Assembly: GCF_007748075.1 (NCBI RefSeq)
Contig: NZ_CP036280.1
Location: 960,001 to 992,000, forward strand
From: Mucisphaera calidilacus
GTDB lineage: Bacteria; Planctomycetota; Phycisphaerae; Phycisphaerales; Phycisphaeraceae
Direction of reading: 5' to 3'
Length of the DNA stretch: 32,000 nucleotides
This document shows, in pieces, positions 25,117 through 32,000 of the stretch. A program made the translations under genes and the position numbers. A model generated the notes under the pieces. The model saw only the letters and a list, made by a program, of their open reading frames with translations, ran no database searches and was not told where the DNA came from. Numbering within the stretch: position 1 is the first letter of the stretch; every line of letters starts with the position of its first letter.

Positions 25117-28100
25117 TCACGCGGCGCGACGGCGCAGTGCCGATCCCAGGACCAGCAGCACCAGAGCCGTCGTCGGCTCGGGGATGCCGTTCGCACGCCC
25201 GAAATTCGACGCCAGAATCGACAGGTCCAGCAGGTCCACCACGTTGTTGCCGTCGAAGTCACCCTCCGACCAGCTCGACGCCGGATCACCGAAACGCGAA
25301 GCCAGGCTGCTCAGGTCCAGCAGGTCGACGCTGCCGTCCAGGTTCGCGTCCCCCATGAAGGTGCCGCCGATCACTTCAATCAGGTAGGTCACGTCGGCTG
25401 TATCGGAGACGCCATCGCCCGTGTAATCGAACACGGCGTCGCCGAGTTCATCCAGCAGCAGGTCCACGTCCGTGAGGTCGAAGTCGCCATCCAGATTCAG
25501 GTCGCCGGGCAGGCCGATCGTCAAAGCACGGCCGATGAGGTCGTCGTAGGCGTCCAACGCCTCCTGCGGCCCGCCGGCCAGCGCATCGCCCAGCGGCGTC
25601 AGGTCACGCAGGTCCAGCCTGCCGTCGCCGTTGCCGTCGCCCGCGGCCCGGAAGAAGCCGTTGTCGCTGCTCAGGTAGATCTCCATCAGTTCCACGTCTC
25701 GTGCCTCGAAGACGCCGTCAGAATCGAGATCGCCGATGCCCAGGCCAAAGCCTGTGTCCAGCTCGATCCCCGTCAGGTGCTGGATGCTCATGCTGCCGGT
25801 GACTTCGTACGTCACGACTGTCACCTTGTGCTTGCCCGAAACGACATCGGTCAGGTTCCGTGCCCAGAGGTTCCGGTCCAGCAGCGAGGCCGCGTTGCTC
25901 CCCGATACCGCGTCAAGAATCTGCTGGTCCGTGATGTTGGCTGCCACATTGAAAAACACGTGCACCGAGTTCGCTGTGCCGTCCTCTGAACGAAGCACCA
26001 GCTGGCGGTCGCGGGCATAGTCCTCTTCCAGCGCCTCGAAGCTCTCGAACGAGACCTCCGGCGCCTCTCGGTCGATGTAGATCACCTGACGGAAGTCGGT
26101 GAAGACCTCGGGCTCGTCACCGTTACGGCGACGGAAGACACGGCCGGTGATCGTGTGCTCGCCCTCTCCGAGCAGCGACGTGTCGATGATCTGCTCGTAG
26201 CGGCCCACGCCGGAGGCGTCGGAGTATCCCGGCAGGTTCACGTCCGTGAAGGACTCGAACGCGTAGGTCACTTCGCCGGGGGTCACGTTGTCAACGTACC
26301 CATTGCCGTTCGCGTCCAGCCCGTCATCAATACGGAAGATCGCTGCGTCGCCGTCCGCGTCGCGGTCGCGATGGATACCCAGCAGTGTCACCGGGTTGGT
26401 GTCGATCTGGATCTTGAAGGTATCCGCCGTCACCACGGTGATGTCCGTCAGACGCGTCAAGCCGTTGAGCCGATCATTCTGTAATTCGTCGTCGCCCAGC
26501 GTCGGGACGCTCCCCGCCAGCACGTCCGTGATGGCCGCATAACCTCCCTCGCCATCGGGCTCCATGAACTGCATCACGCCCTGCGGTCCCGACACGCCGT
26601 AGATCAGATAGCCACGCCCGTGCTCTACGCCGTTCTCCCCCGGTGCGACGTTTCGCGGGACACGAAGGTCCACCGTCCCGTCATCCTTGACGACCAGAAG
26701 GGAGGGGAAGTCGTTGTTGCCCGGGTCGAAGACCGGGTCTGCCGCGTTCCCGGTCAGCTCGATGAGCGGCGTCCCGGGTTCAAAAGCTGTCTGCACCGTC
26801 CGGGAATCAAACCCGCCGTCCAGCCGGTTGCTGAGCACCACCAGGGCCGAGTTTTCGCGCTCGTAGATGAGCATCTCTTTCTCATCGCCACCAGGTGTCC
26901 GGTCGAGGTAATTACCCCGGCCGTGTGTGTTGCGGATACCCACCAGCGTCGTGATGTCCTCGCCGTAGACGCCTCCCAGCGCATCGCCGCGCCCCGGCTC
27001 CGGGAAGGCACGGAAACCGTCCGCCACCTTTTCGCCGTTGAAGTAGACGATCGCCTCGCCGGGGAGCATCAGCATGTAGGCGTGTGCAACGCTGTTGAGG
27101 TACGCGCCGCCCTCGTCGTGACTCTGGACGAACCGCGTGCCCTGCGAGCCGTTGTTCGCATAGCCATCATCGTTCCCGTCGACACTCGCGTTCTTGACGT
27201 TCCGCCAGTCGTTGGCCAGCCCGTTATCCGAGAGGTTGTTCTTCACCGCGCCGAAGAAGTTGAAGTCCAACGCATCGCGGTTGCCGCCGAGCTGTCCGAG
27301 GTTGTCGTTGTCGATGTCCTTGCGGATGTACTGCTGGATAAAACCCGCCGAGTCAAAGCCCGTCTCCGAGAAGGAGAAGACGTGATCATGGCTGCCGTCC
27401 AGGTTCTTCCGCGGGTTCGCCAGGTACATCCCCTGATCCAGGAAGTTCATCACCCACGGATCGAAGTGACGCACCGCGTCGAAGCGGAAGCCGTCGACAC
27501 CGACCTCCTGAATCATCCAGCGAAGGTTGCGCATTAGCAGCCCGGTCGCGTTTTCGGTGAAAGCGTCGCCCTGCATCGGGTCAGCGAGGTTGTAGTTATA
27601 GAGCGTCACGTTCTGATTCAACGCCGGGTCCCACACCGTCGTTCCGCCCAGGTCGCGGTCGGGGTAGAACTGCGCGTTGCGCGGGTCGGGCCGGTCGTGG
27701 AAACTTCCGGCGGGGATATTCAGCGGATCGCCTTCGGTCACCGGGTGGCGGATGAACTGGTGGTTCTTGCTCTGGTCGATGTCGATGAGGCCTGACAGTC
27801 GGAAGTCTCGCTCGCCGCCCGCGAACGCGCTGTGGAAGTCGCCGTCGACGTCGTTGGGCAGGGTTGTCACGAAGCCGGGGTAGTCGCCCGCCGCGACAAA
27901 ACCGGGCGTGCTCGAATCGCTGAAACCGTTGTGATTCGCGATGAAGTCGGTGTTCACCTTGATCCCGGCGCGGTGTGCCGTATCGATCAGCGTCTTCAGT
28001 TCGCCCTCGGTGCCGTAGAGCGTCGGGTTCCCGGGCGTTCCCAGATCAAACCGGTCGAAGACGTCGTAGCCCACCGAAAGCCCGCCCGAGTCTGCGCGTG

Positions 28101-28305
28101 CAGGCGGGGGCAGCCAGAGGCGGCCGTAGCCGACCACAAAGATGTCCGACATCCGCTCGTCGATCACCGTCCAGTCCTGCTCGAAGAACTGCAGGATCGG
28201 CTCGGACGAAACGTCCATCGCACGCGCGCGATCAGTCTCGGCGACGAGTGATATCGCGATGACCACAACGGGGAAAAGACTCAGGCGTTGCAGACTCTCA
28301 AACAT
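25117..28305 (-). CDS. Secreted GH13 alpha-amylase-family enzyme with Ig-like middle region, six dockerin-like Ca-binding repeats and a PEP-CTERM anchor
   Basis: Signal peptide. GH13 conserved regions I-IV: VNTDFIANHNG, GFRFDAVRHF, FSFSETGFD, FVQSHDE. C-terminal repeats: GDLDSDGVFEARDVELM, GDGNGDGRLDLRDL, GDLNLDGDFDLTDVDLL, DYTGDGVSDTADVTYL, GDANLDGSVDLLDLSSL, GDFDGNNVVDLLDLSIL (25189-25740). The final GIPEPTTALVLLVLGSALRRRAA (25120-25188) is a PEP-CTERM motif. Confidence 0.9.
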   Translation of the reverse strand: MFESLQRLSLFPVVVIAISLVAETDRARAMDVSSEPILQFFEQDWTVIDERMSDIFVVGYGRLWLPPPARADSGGLSVGYDVFDRFDLGTPGNPTLYGTEGELKTLIDTAHRAGIKVNTDFIANHNGFSDSSTPGFVAAGDYPGFVTTLPNDVDGDFHSAFAGGERDFRLSGLIDIDQSKNHQFIRHPVTEGDPLNIPAGSFHDRPDPRNAQFYPDRDLGGTTVWDPALNQNVTLYNYNLADPMQGDAFTENATGLLMRNLRWMIQEVGVDGFRFDAVRHFDPWVMNFLDQGMYLANPRKNLDGSHDHVFSFSETGFDSAGFIQQYIRKDIDNDNLGQLGGNRDALDFNFFGAVKNNLSDNGLANDWRNVKNASVDGNDDGYANNGSQGTRFVQSHDEGGAYLNSVAHAYMLMLPGEAIVYFNGEKVADGFRAFPEPGRGDALGGVYGEDITTLVGIRNTHGRGNYLDRTPGGDEKEMLIYERENSALVVLSNRLDGGFDSRTVQTAFEPGTPLIELTGNAADPVFDPGNNDFPSLLVVKDDGTVDLRVPRNVAPGENGVEHGRGYLIYGVSGPQGVMQFMEPDGEGGYAAITDVLAGSVPTLGDDELQNDRLNGLTRLTDITVVTADTFKIQIDTNPVTLLGIHRDRDADGDAAIFRIDDGLDANGNGYVDNVTPGEVTYAFESFTDVNLPGYSDASGVGRYEQIIDTSLLGEGEHTITGRVFRRRNGDEPEVFTDFRQVIYIDREAPEVSFESFEALEEDYARDRQLVLRSEDGTANSVHVFFNVAANITDQQILDAVSGSNAASLLDRNLWARNLTDVVSGKHKVTVVTYEVTGSMSIQHLTGIELDTGFGLGIGDLDSDGVFEARDVELMEIYLSSDNGFFRAAGDGNGDGRLDLRDLTPLGDALAGGPQEALDAYDDLIGRALTIGLPGDLNLDGDFDLTDVDLLLDELGDAVFDYTGDGVSDTADVTYLIEVIGGTFMGDANLDGSVDLLDLSSLASRFGDPASSWSEGDFDGNNVVDLLDLSILASNFGRANGIPEPTTALVLLVLGSALRRRAA

Positions 28306-28325
28306 GATGTCTCCGGCGACGAAGG

Positions 28326-28337
28326 TGATACGGTTAA
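28326..28337. promoter_or_regulatory. Weaker candidate LacI-family operator (TGATACGGTTAA) just upstream of the GH13 gene
   Basis: Matches the 29478 site in 9 of 12 positions, in the same orientation, 21-32 nt upstream of ATG 28305. This is the weakest of the three sites. Confidence 0.25.
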
Positions 28338-28342
28338 CCCAA

Positions 28343-28368
28343 AGCCCCGGGAAAAAGGCGTCCGGGCT
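28343..28368 (-). terminator. Possible weak intrinsic terminator/attenuator between the PEP-CTERM gene and the GH13 gene
   Basis: The minus strand reads AGCCCGG-acgcctttttc-CCGGGGCT followed by TTTGGGTT. This gives a 7-bp GC stem with one bulge and an 11-nt loop, about 60 nt after the upstream stop. Confidence 0.3.
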
Positions 28369-28427
28369 TTCGCCCAGACGCCCTTCTTGATGATCAGATT
28401 CTGCCCGTTCTCACAGGCGTCAAAACA

Positions 28428-29372
28428 TCAGGCGCTCCGGCGGATCGCCAGCAGGCCGCCAAGACCCAGCAGGGCCAGCGAGGCGGGCTCGGGGACGACC
28501 ACTTCGAAGTACTGGTTGCCAGCGAACTGGTTGAAATCGATACCCGACAGCGTGCCGGTGAAACCGCCACCACCGTCACCGCCCAGGTTGCCCTGCGGGG
28601 CCGGCAGGCCGCCGAGGATCTGGTTCGAGTGGTAGTTGTGGTCGCCGTTGCCGTAGGCCACGTGGATCTTGACGGTGTCGCCCGCGACGGGATTGCCAAG
28701 GTCGTTCAGGCCGATCGAGAACTCGAAGCCGGTCGTTACCGCAGCGGCAGCTACCTGGTCAGCGGCCTGATCACCAGGGCCCACGCCGGCGGTGTTGGTG
28801 TTGTTGAAGCCGAAGGGGATGTCCCAGGCGATCGGGTTTCCACCTGCCGAGACCACGCCCGACTGCACGCCCGTGCCCGTACCGGCTGAAGCCGCGCCGA
28901 AACTCACGGGAACCGCTGCGTTCACGCCGCCCTGACGATCGACGAAGTCGACCTCGAAGGCGCCGCCGCCCCAGCGACCGAACATGTGGAAATCAGCCTC
29001 GAACCCGGCGTCAAACGTCAGGCCGCCGTAGTTGCTGCCATTGCCGTTGAAGTCGTAAACGGGGGTGCTGCTCAGGACGTTCTCGCCGCCGGCTTTGGAG
29101 TCGATGAAGATGTTGAGCTTGTTGAAGTTCGGCTCAACGTTGCCGGTGATCGTGACATAGAGACGGCCGTTGACGGCTTTGGCGTAGGCAGCGTCGAGTT
29201 CGCCGCCGCCGCCCAAACCGGCGGGGTCCGTGGCATCACCGAACTGGGTCTGAACCGTCTGCACACTCAGGGCAGGGCCATAGGCAGCATCGACGGTGCC
29301 GTCGACCGTCGGGGCCGCAAGGGCAGGAACCGTAAGAGCAAGCGTCATCAGGGAAGCGGTTGTGCGAATCAT
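28428..29372 (-). CDS. Secreted PEP-CTERM-anchored protein, possibly a carbohydrate-binding (CBM9/DOMON-like) beta-sandwich
   Basis: Signal peptide MIRTTASLMTLALTVPALAAP. The TVDGTVDAAYGPAL...ELDAAYAKAVNGRLYVTITGNVEPNFNKLNIFIDS pattern resembles CBM9-like modules (weak call). The C-terminal VVVPEPASLALLGLGGLLAIRRSA is a PEP-CTERM motif. GGAG RBS present. Confidence 0.8.
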   Translation of the reverse strand: MIRTTASLMTLALTVPALAAPTVDGTVDAAYGPALSVQTVQTQFGDATDPAGLGGGGELDAAYAKAVNGRLYVTITGNVEPNFNKLNIFIDSKAGGENVLSSTPVYDFNGNGSNYGGLTFDAGFEADFHMFGRWGGGAFEVDFVDRQGGVNAAVPVSFGAASAGTGTGVQSGVVSAGGNPIAWDIPFGFNNTNTAGVGPGDQAADQVAAAAVTTGFEFSIGLNDLGNPVAGDTVKIHVAYGNGDHNYHSNQILGGLPAPQGNLGGDGGGGFTGTLSGIDFNQFAGNQYFEVVVPEPASLALLGLGGLLAIRRSA

Positions 29373-29477
29373 GATTCTCCATCTCCTATTTGAGAGAACA
29401 CGGGGTGAACAGAAACGAGATCCTCCAGTAGCGGGTTAGCACCCGCGTAAACACTACACTATACGTCATCATTCTGT

Positions 29478-29489
29478 TGAATCGATTAA
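29478..29489. promoter_or_regulatory. Candidate LacI-family operator (TGAATCGATTAA) in the divergent lacI / PEP-CTERM gene intergenic region
   Basis: Near-palindrome centred on ATCGAT (5 of 6 half-site pairs). On the minus strand it lies 14 nt upstream of a TATAGT -10-like hexamer (29458-29463), i.e. over the -35 position of a putative promoter for the 28428-29372 gene. Confidence 0.5.
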
Positions 29490-29832
29490 CCGGTCGAAAA
29501 AAGGCGAAAGAAAGACTCCTCAGCTACGACGACCCGACGAGTAGTGATTCAAAAAAACAATGAGACGTTTTACTAACACGTAAACACGACCCTTAAATGA
29601 ACCCCAAGACGCCCCCCTAGGCAACTCAATCCGAGTGATTTTCTTGTCTTACACGGCACTATATTGCCCAGATTCTCGCCGGCAGGCCCTCATGAGGCTC
29701 TCCGCGGTAATCTGAGAAAAACAGAGATCCCACGGATTGTGTTGATCCGTTTTACTTATGTGTTAAACTCTCCAGCGTGAAGACTCGATGTTCTGACTCG
29801 CTCTGATTAGACCTCGCCATCCAGACAAGACT

Positions 29833-30924
29833 ATGTCCAGCAGCTCACCGCGCATCCCGAACCCGACGGCCAGCGACGCCGACCAGACGCCCGCTCGCAA
29901 GCGGACCAAGCGTGTCAGCATGCGCGAGGTTGCCGAGCACTCGAACGTGTCCGTGGCCACCGTTTCCATGGTCCTGAACAACAACCCGCGAATCTCGCGG
30001 GCCACTCAGGCACGTGTTAGGCGGTCCATGGATGACCTCGGCTATCGGCCCGACCGCGTCGCCCAGAGCCTTTCCTCCACCTACACGCGGCTGCTCGCCG
30101 TGATGATCCCTCCGCTGAGTCACGCTTTCGCGGACACCTACTTCGGCGAGATCATTTCGGGCATCTACGACCGGGCGGCGCGCCTCGGCCACAAGATCAT
30201 CATCGAGCAGGCCAAGCCCAAGTTCATCGAGTCGGGGCAGCACCTTGAGCTCGTTGAGCGTCGATTCGTCGACGGGCTGCTCTGCCTGGGCTTCATCGAG
30301 AATTACGAGTTCATGCACGACCTGGTCGAGCGTGGGCAGCCCGTACTCTCGGTGAACTCTCACTTCGTTGATCTCGAAGTTGACTCCGTCGTCTGTGATT
30401 ACACCGCCGGTGCCGAGCAGGCGATGAATTGCCTCCGGCAGCTCGGGCACAAGAAAGTCGGGATGATCATCGGCGGCAGCAAGGGTGTCACCACGCAGGA
30501 CATCATGGCCGTCTTCAAAGCCAACACGGAGGAGTTGGGGACTTACGACCCCAGCCTCATCGTCGACGGCCGATACTCCGAGACCGGCGGCGCCGAGGCG
30601 GCGCGGCAGCTGATCGACAAGCATCCCGACGTCAGCGCGGTCTTCTGTTCGAATGACAAGATGGCGATGGGTGCCATGCACTACATGCACCAGTCCGGCC
30701 GAAAGGTCCCCGAGGACATCTCCGTGGTTGGTTTCGACAACCTCTACGTCTCGCAGTTTCTCAACCCGCCGCTGACCACCGTGCACCTGCCGCTCTACGA
30801 CCTGGGCGATCTCGCCTGCGAACGCATTATTCAGCGTATCCGCGGGCGTCGCGAAGCCGTCTCCGAGTTGCTACCGACGCACCTCATCCTCCGTGAATCC
30901 ACGGCCATCGCACCCGGACGATGA
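29833..30924 (+). CDS. LacI-family transcriptional regulator
   Basis: N-terminal HTH VSMREVAEHSNVSVATVSMVLNNNPRISRATQARVRRSMDDLGYRPD, followed by a periplasmic-binding-protein-like sugar-binding core (AVFCSNDKMAMGAM, VVGFDN). Confidence 0.9.
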   Translation: MSSSSPRIPNPTASDADQTPARKRTKRVSMREVAEHSNVSVATVSMVLNNNPRISRATQARVRRSMDDLGYRPDRVAQSLSSTYTRLLAVMIPPLSHAFADTYFGEIISGIYDRAARLGHKIIIEQAKPKFIESGQHLELVERRFVDGLLCLGFIENYEFMHDLVERGQPVLSVNSHFVDLEVDSVVCDYTAGAEQAMNCLRQLGHKKVGMIIGGSKGVTTQDIMAVFKANTEELGTYDPSLIVDGRYSETGGAEAARQLIDKHPDVSAVFCSNDKMAMGAMHYMHQSGRKVPEDISVVGFDNLYVSQFLNPPLTTVHLPLYDLGDLACERIIQRIRGRREAVSELLPTHLILRESTAIAPGR

Positions 30925-31006
30925 CCCGGATTCGAGCACGCACGCACACACGATTCACCCTGGAAGGGCCTCGAGTTTGAACCCCTCACCTCAAGGCAGC
31001 AAGACG

Positions 31007-32000
31007 GTGCCCCTGTGGCCGCCTCTGTTAATCCTCACCAGCCTGACCCTCGTCGTTGGTGCCCTCATCTTCTATCTGGCGCCGACGCCCGCCTCGCCTC
31101 GGGCCCAGACGAGTTGGGATCAACTCGAAATCCGCTACGCCGACAGCGAGGGGCGGGCACACATCCATGCCCTGCGCACCGACGAGCACGCGGACCCCAC
31201 GCTGCGTTTCGCAGTCATCGATCATCTCGATGATCCCGTAAAGGTGACCGTCGCCGTGCCCGGCGAAGAGGGCCGGCCGCTGGCACAACTGGACATCACG
31301 CCGCGTCATCATCAGGCGGCGATCGTCGCCGATCCCGCCAGCCAGACCGTGCGCCAACGCGATGGCCTCTGGAGAGCCTTCCACTGGCAGCCCGAACCCG
31401 AGGACGCCGAGCACATCCGAGCCGTCCACCTGGCCGGTTCTTTCAACGGCTGGTCCGCCAACGAACACCCGATGACACGCCAGCCCGACGGTAGGTGGTG
31501 GACCTGCCTCCGCCTGCCCCCGGGCACCCATTACTACAAGTTCGTGCTCACGACGCCCGACGCGCAGTTGTGGATCTACGATCCTAACGGCGATCCTGAT
31601 CTTGCCGAATCGGACGGCCACGGGGGACAGAACGCCGCCTTCATACTCGGCCCGGACCCCCGCAAACTGCCGCCCGCGCGCGCCGACAACATCGAGCCAA
31701 GAGGCGTTTACTTCGATGCCGAGTCACGCTCCGATCTTGCGATCAACAGCACCGGTAAATCCTACGTCAGCATCCGGACGCAGCCGGGCGACGTCAGCAG
31801 CGTGAGGCTGCGGACGTCCACGGACAACGCGACCTGGGCCGATCAGCCGCTGGAGCGTGTGCATGCCGCGGGGCACTTCGACCGCTTCGCCGGATTCGTT
31901 GACATGGACCCGGGCACCTCGAGCTATTACTTCGAGCTGCGCGACGGCAGCGCGCGACGATTCCTCGCCGGCGGCAACGTTCTCGACAGCGAGCAGGAGG
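31007..32000 (+). CDS. Membrane-anchored alpha-glucan-active enzyme, N-terminal part (CBM48 + GH13 N-terminal Ig-like domain); gene runs off the right edge
   Basis: Not in the track because there is no stop codon in the window. The frame is open from GTG 31007 to 32000: VPLWPPLLILTSLTLVVGALIFYLAP (TM) ... HIRAVHLAGSFNGWSANEHPMTRQPDGRWWTCLRLPPGTHYYKFVLTTPDAQLWIYDPN (a clear AMPK-beta/CBM48 pattern) ... SSYYFELRDGSARRF (alpha-amylase N-terminal domain-like). The start is uncertain (TTG 30977 is an alternative). The track's antisense ORF 31028..31621 is judged spurious. Confidence 0.7.
   Translation, partial: MPLWPPLLILTSLTLVVGALIFYLAPTPASPRAQTSWDQLEIRYADSEGRAHIHALRTDEHADPTLRFAVIDHLDDPVKVTVAVPGEEGRPLAQLDITPRHHQAAIVADPASQTVRQRDGLWRAFHWQPEPEDAEHIRAVHLAGSFNGWSANEHPMTRQPDGRWWTCLRLPPGTHYYKFVLTTPDAQLWIYDPNGDPDLAESDGHGGQNAAFILGPDPRKLPPARADNIEPRGVYFDAESRSDLAINSTGKSYVSIRTQPGDVSSVRLRTSTDNATWADQPLERVHAAGHFDRFAGFVDMDPGTSSYYFELRDGSARRFLAGGNVLDSEQE

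Noticed and set aside
29653-29672. A sigma70-type promoter for the lacI gene around the TATATT hexamer.
   Set aside because: There is no acceptable -35 hexamer at 16-18 nt spacing (the best candidates match 2-3 of 6 positions), so it is not reported as a feature.
30925-31006. Terminator or operator between lacI and the downstream CBM48/GH13 gene.
   Set aside because: I saw no hairpin and no TGAWWCGNTTAA-like box. The two genes may be co-transcribed, but this cannot be decided from the sequence.

Overview
High-GC bacterial chromosomal window (about 65% GC by eye) that is densely coding. The gene content suggests Planctomycetota, possibly Phycisphaerae; this is inference only. Supporting content: three PEP-CTERM-anchored exoproteins, dockerin-like repeats, an anaerobic sulfatase maturase, a secreted prenyltransferase-repeat protein and a TPR/RpoA-alphaCTD fusion. 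Layout from left to right: (1) 1-4072, a surface-polysaccharide cluster with a GT2 fragment, a Wzx-like flippase, a nitroreductase-domain protein and a pyruvyl transferase. (2) 4082-5620, a radical-SAM/SPASM sulfatase maturase and tRNA-Ala(CGC). (3) 5817-11567, the most unusual part. It is a three-gene module led by a PilM-PilN fusion (GspL-like architecture), followed by two large bitopic membrane proteins of unknown family. All three carry Met/Gly(/Pro) low-complexity tracts predicted to be periplasmic, and the window contains no pilin, ATPase, platform or secretin gene. (4) 11586-19889, housekeeping and accessory genes: a PD-(D/E)xK-like protein, two tandem CNNM/CorC transporters, a Gfo/Idh/MocA oxidoreductase, pdxA, an SGNH hydrolase, a prenyltransferase-repeat protein, Usp and Nudix. 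(5) 19919-23383, a TPR + 2x RpoA-alphaCTD protein downstream of four translationally coupled genes for exported or membrane alpha-helical proteins with no family I recognise. (6) 23399-32000, an alpha-glucan utilisation locus. It holds a CBM48-like esterase, a 1062-aa GH13 amylase with six dockerin-like repeats, a PEP-CTERM binding-like protein, a divergent LacI repressor with candidate operators, and a second CBM48/GH13-N-domain gene that runs off the right edge. I found no CRISPR array, transposase, integrase or rRNA. Most other ORFs in the track are antisense shadow ORFs, which are typical of high-GC DNA.
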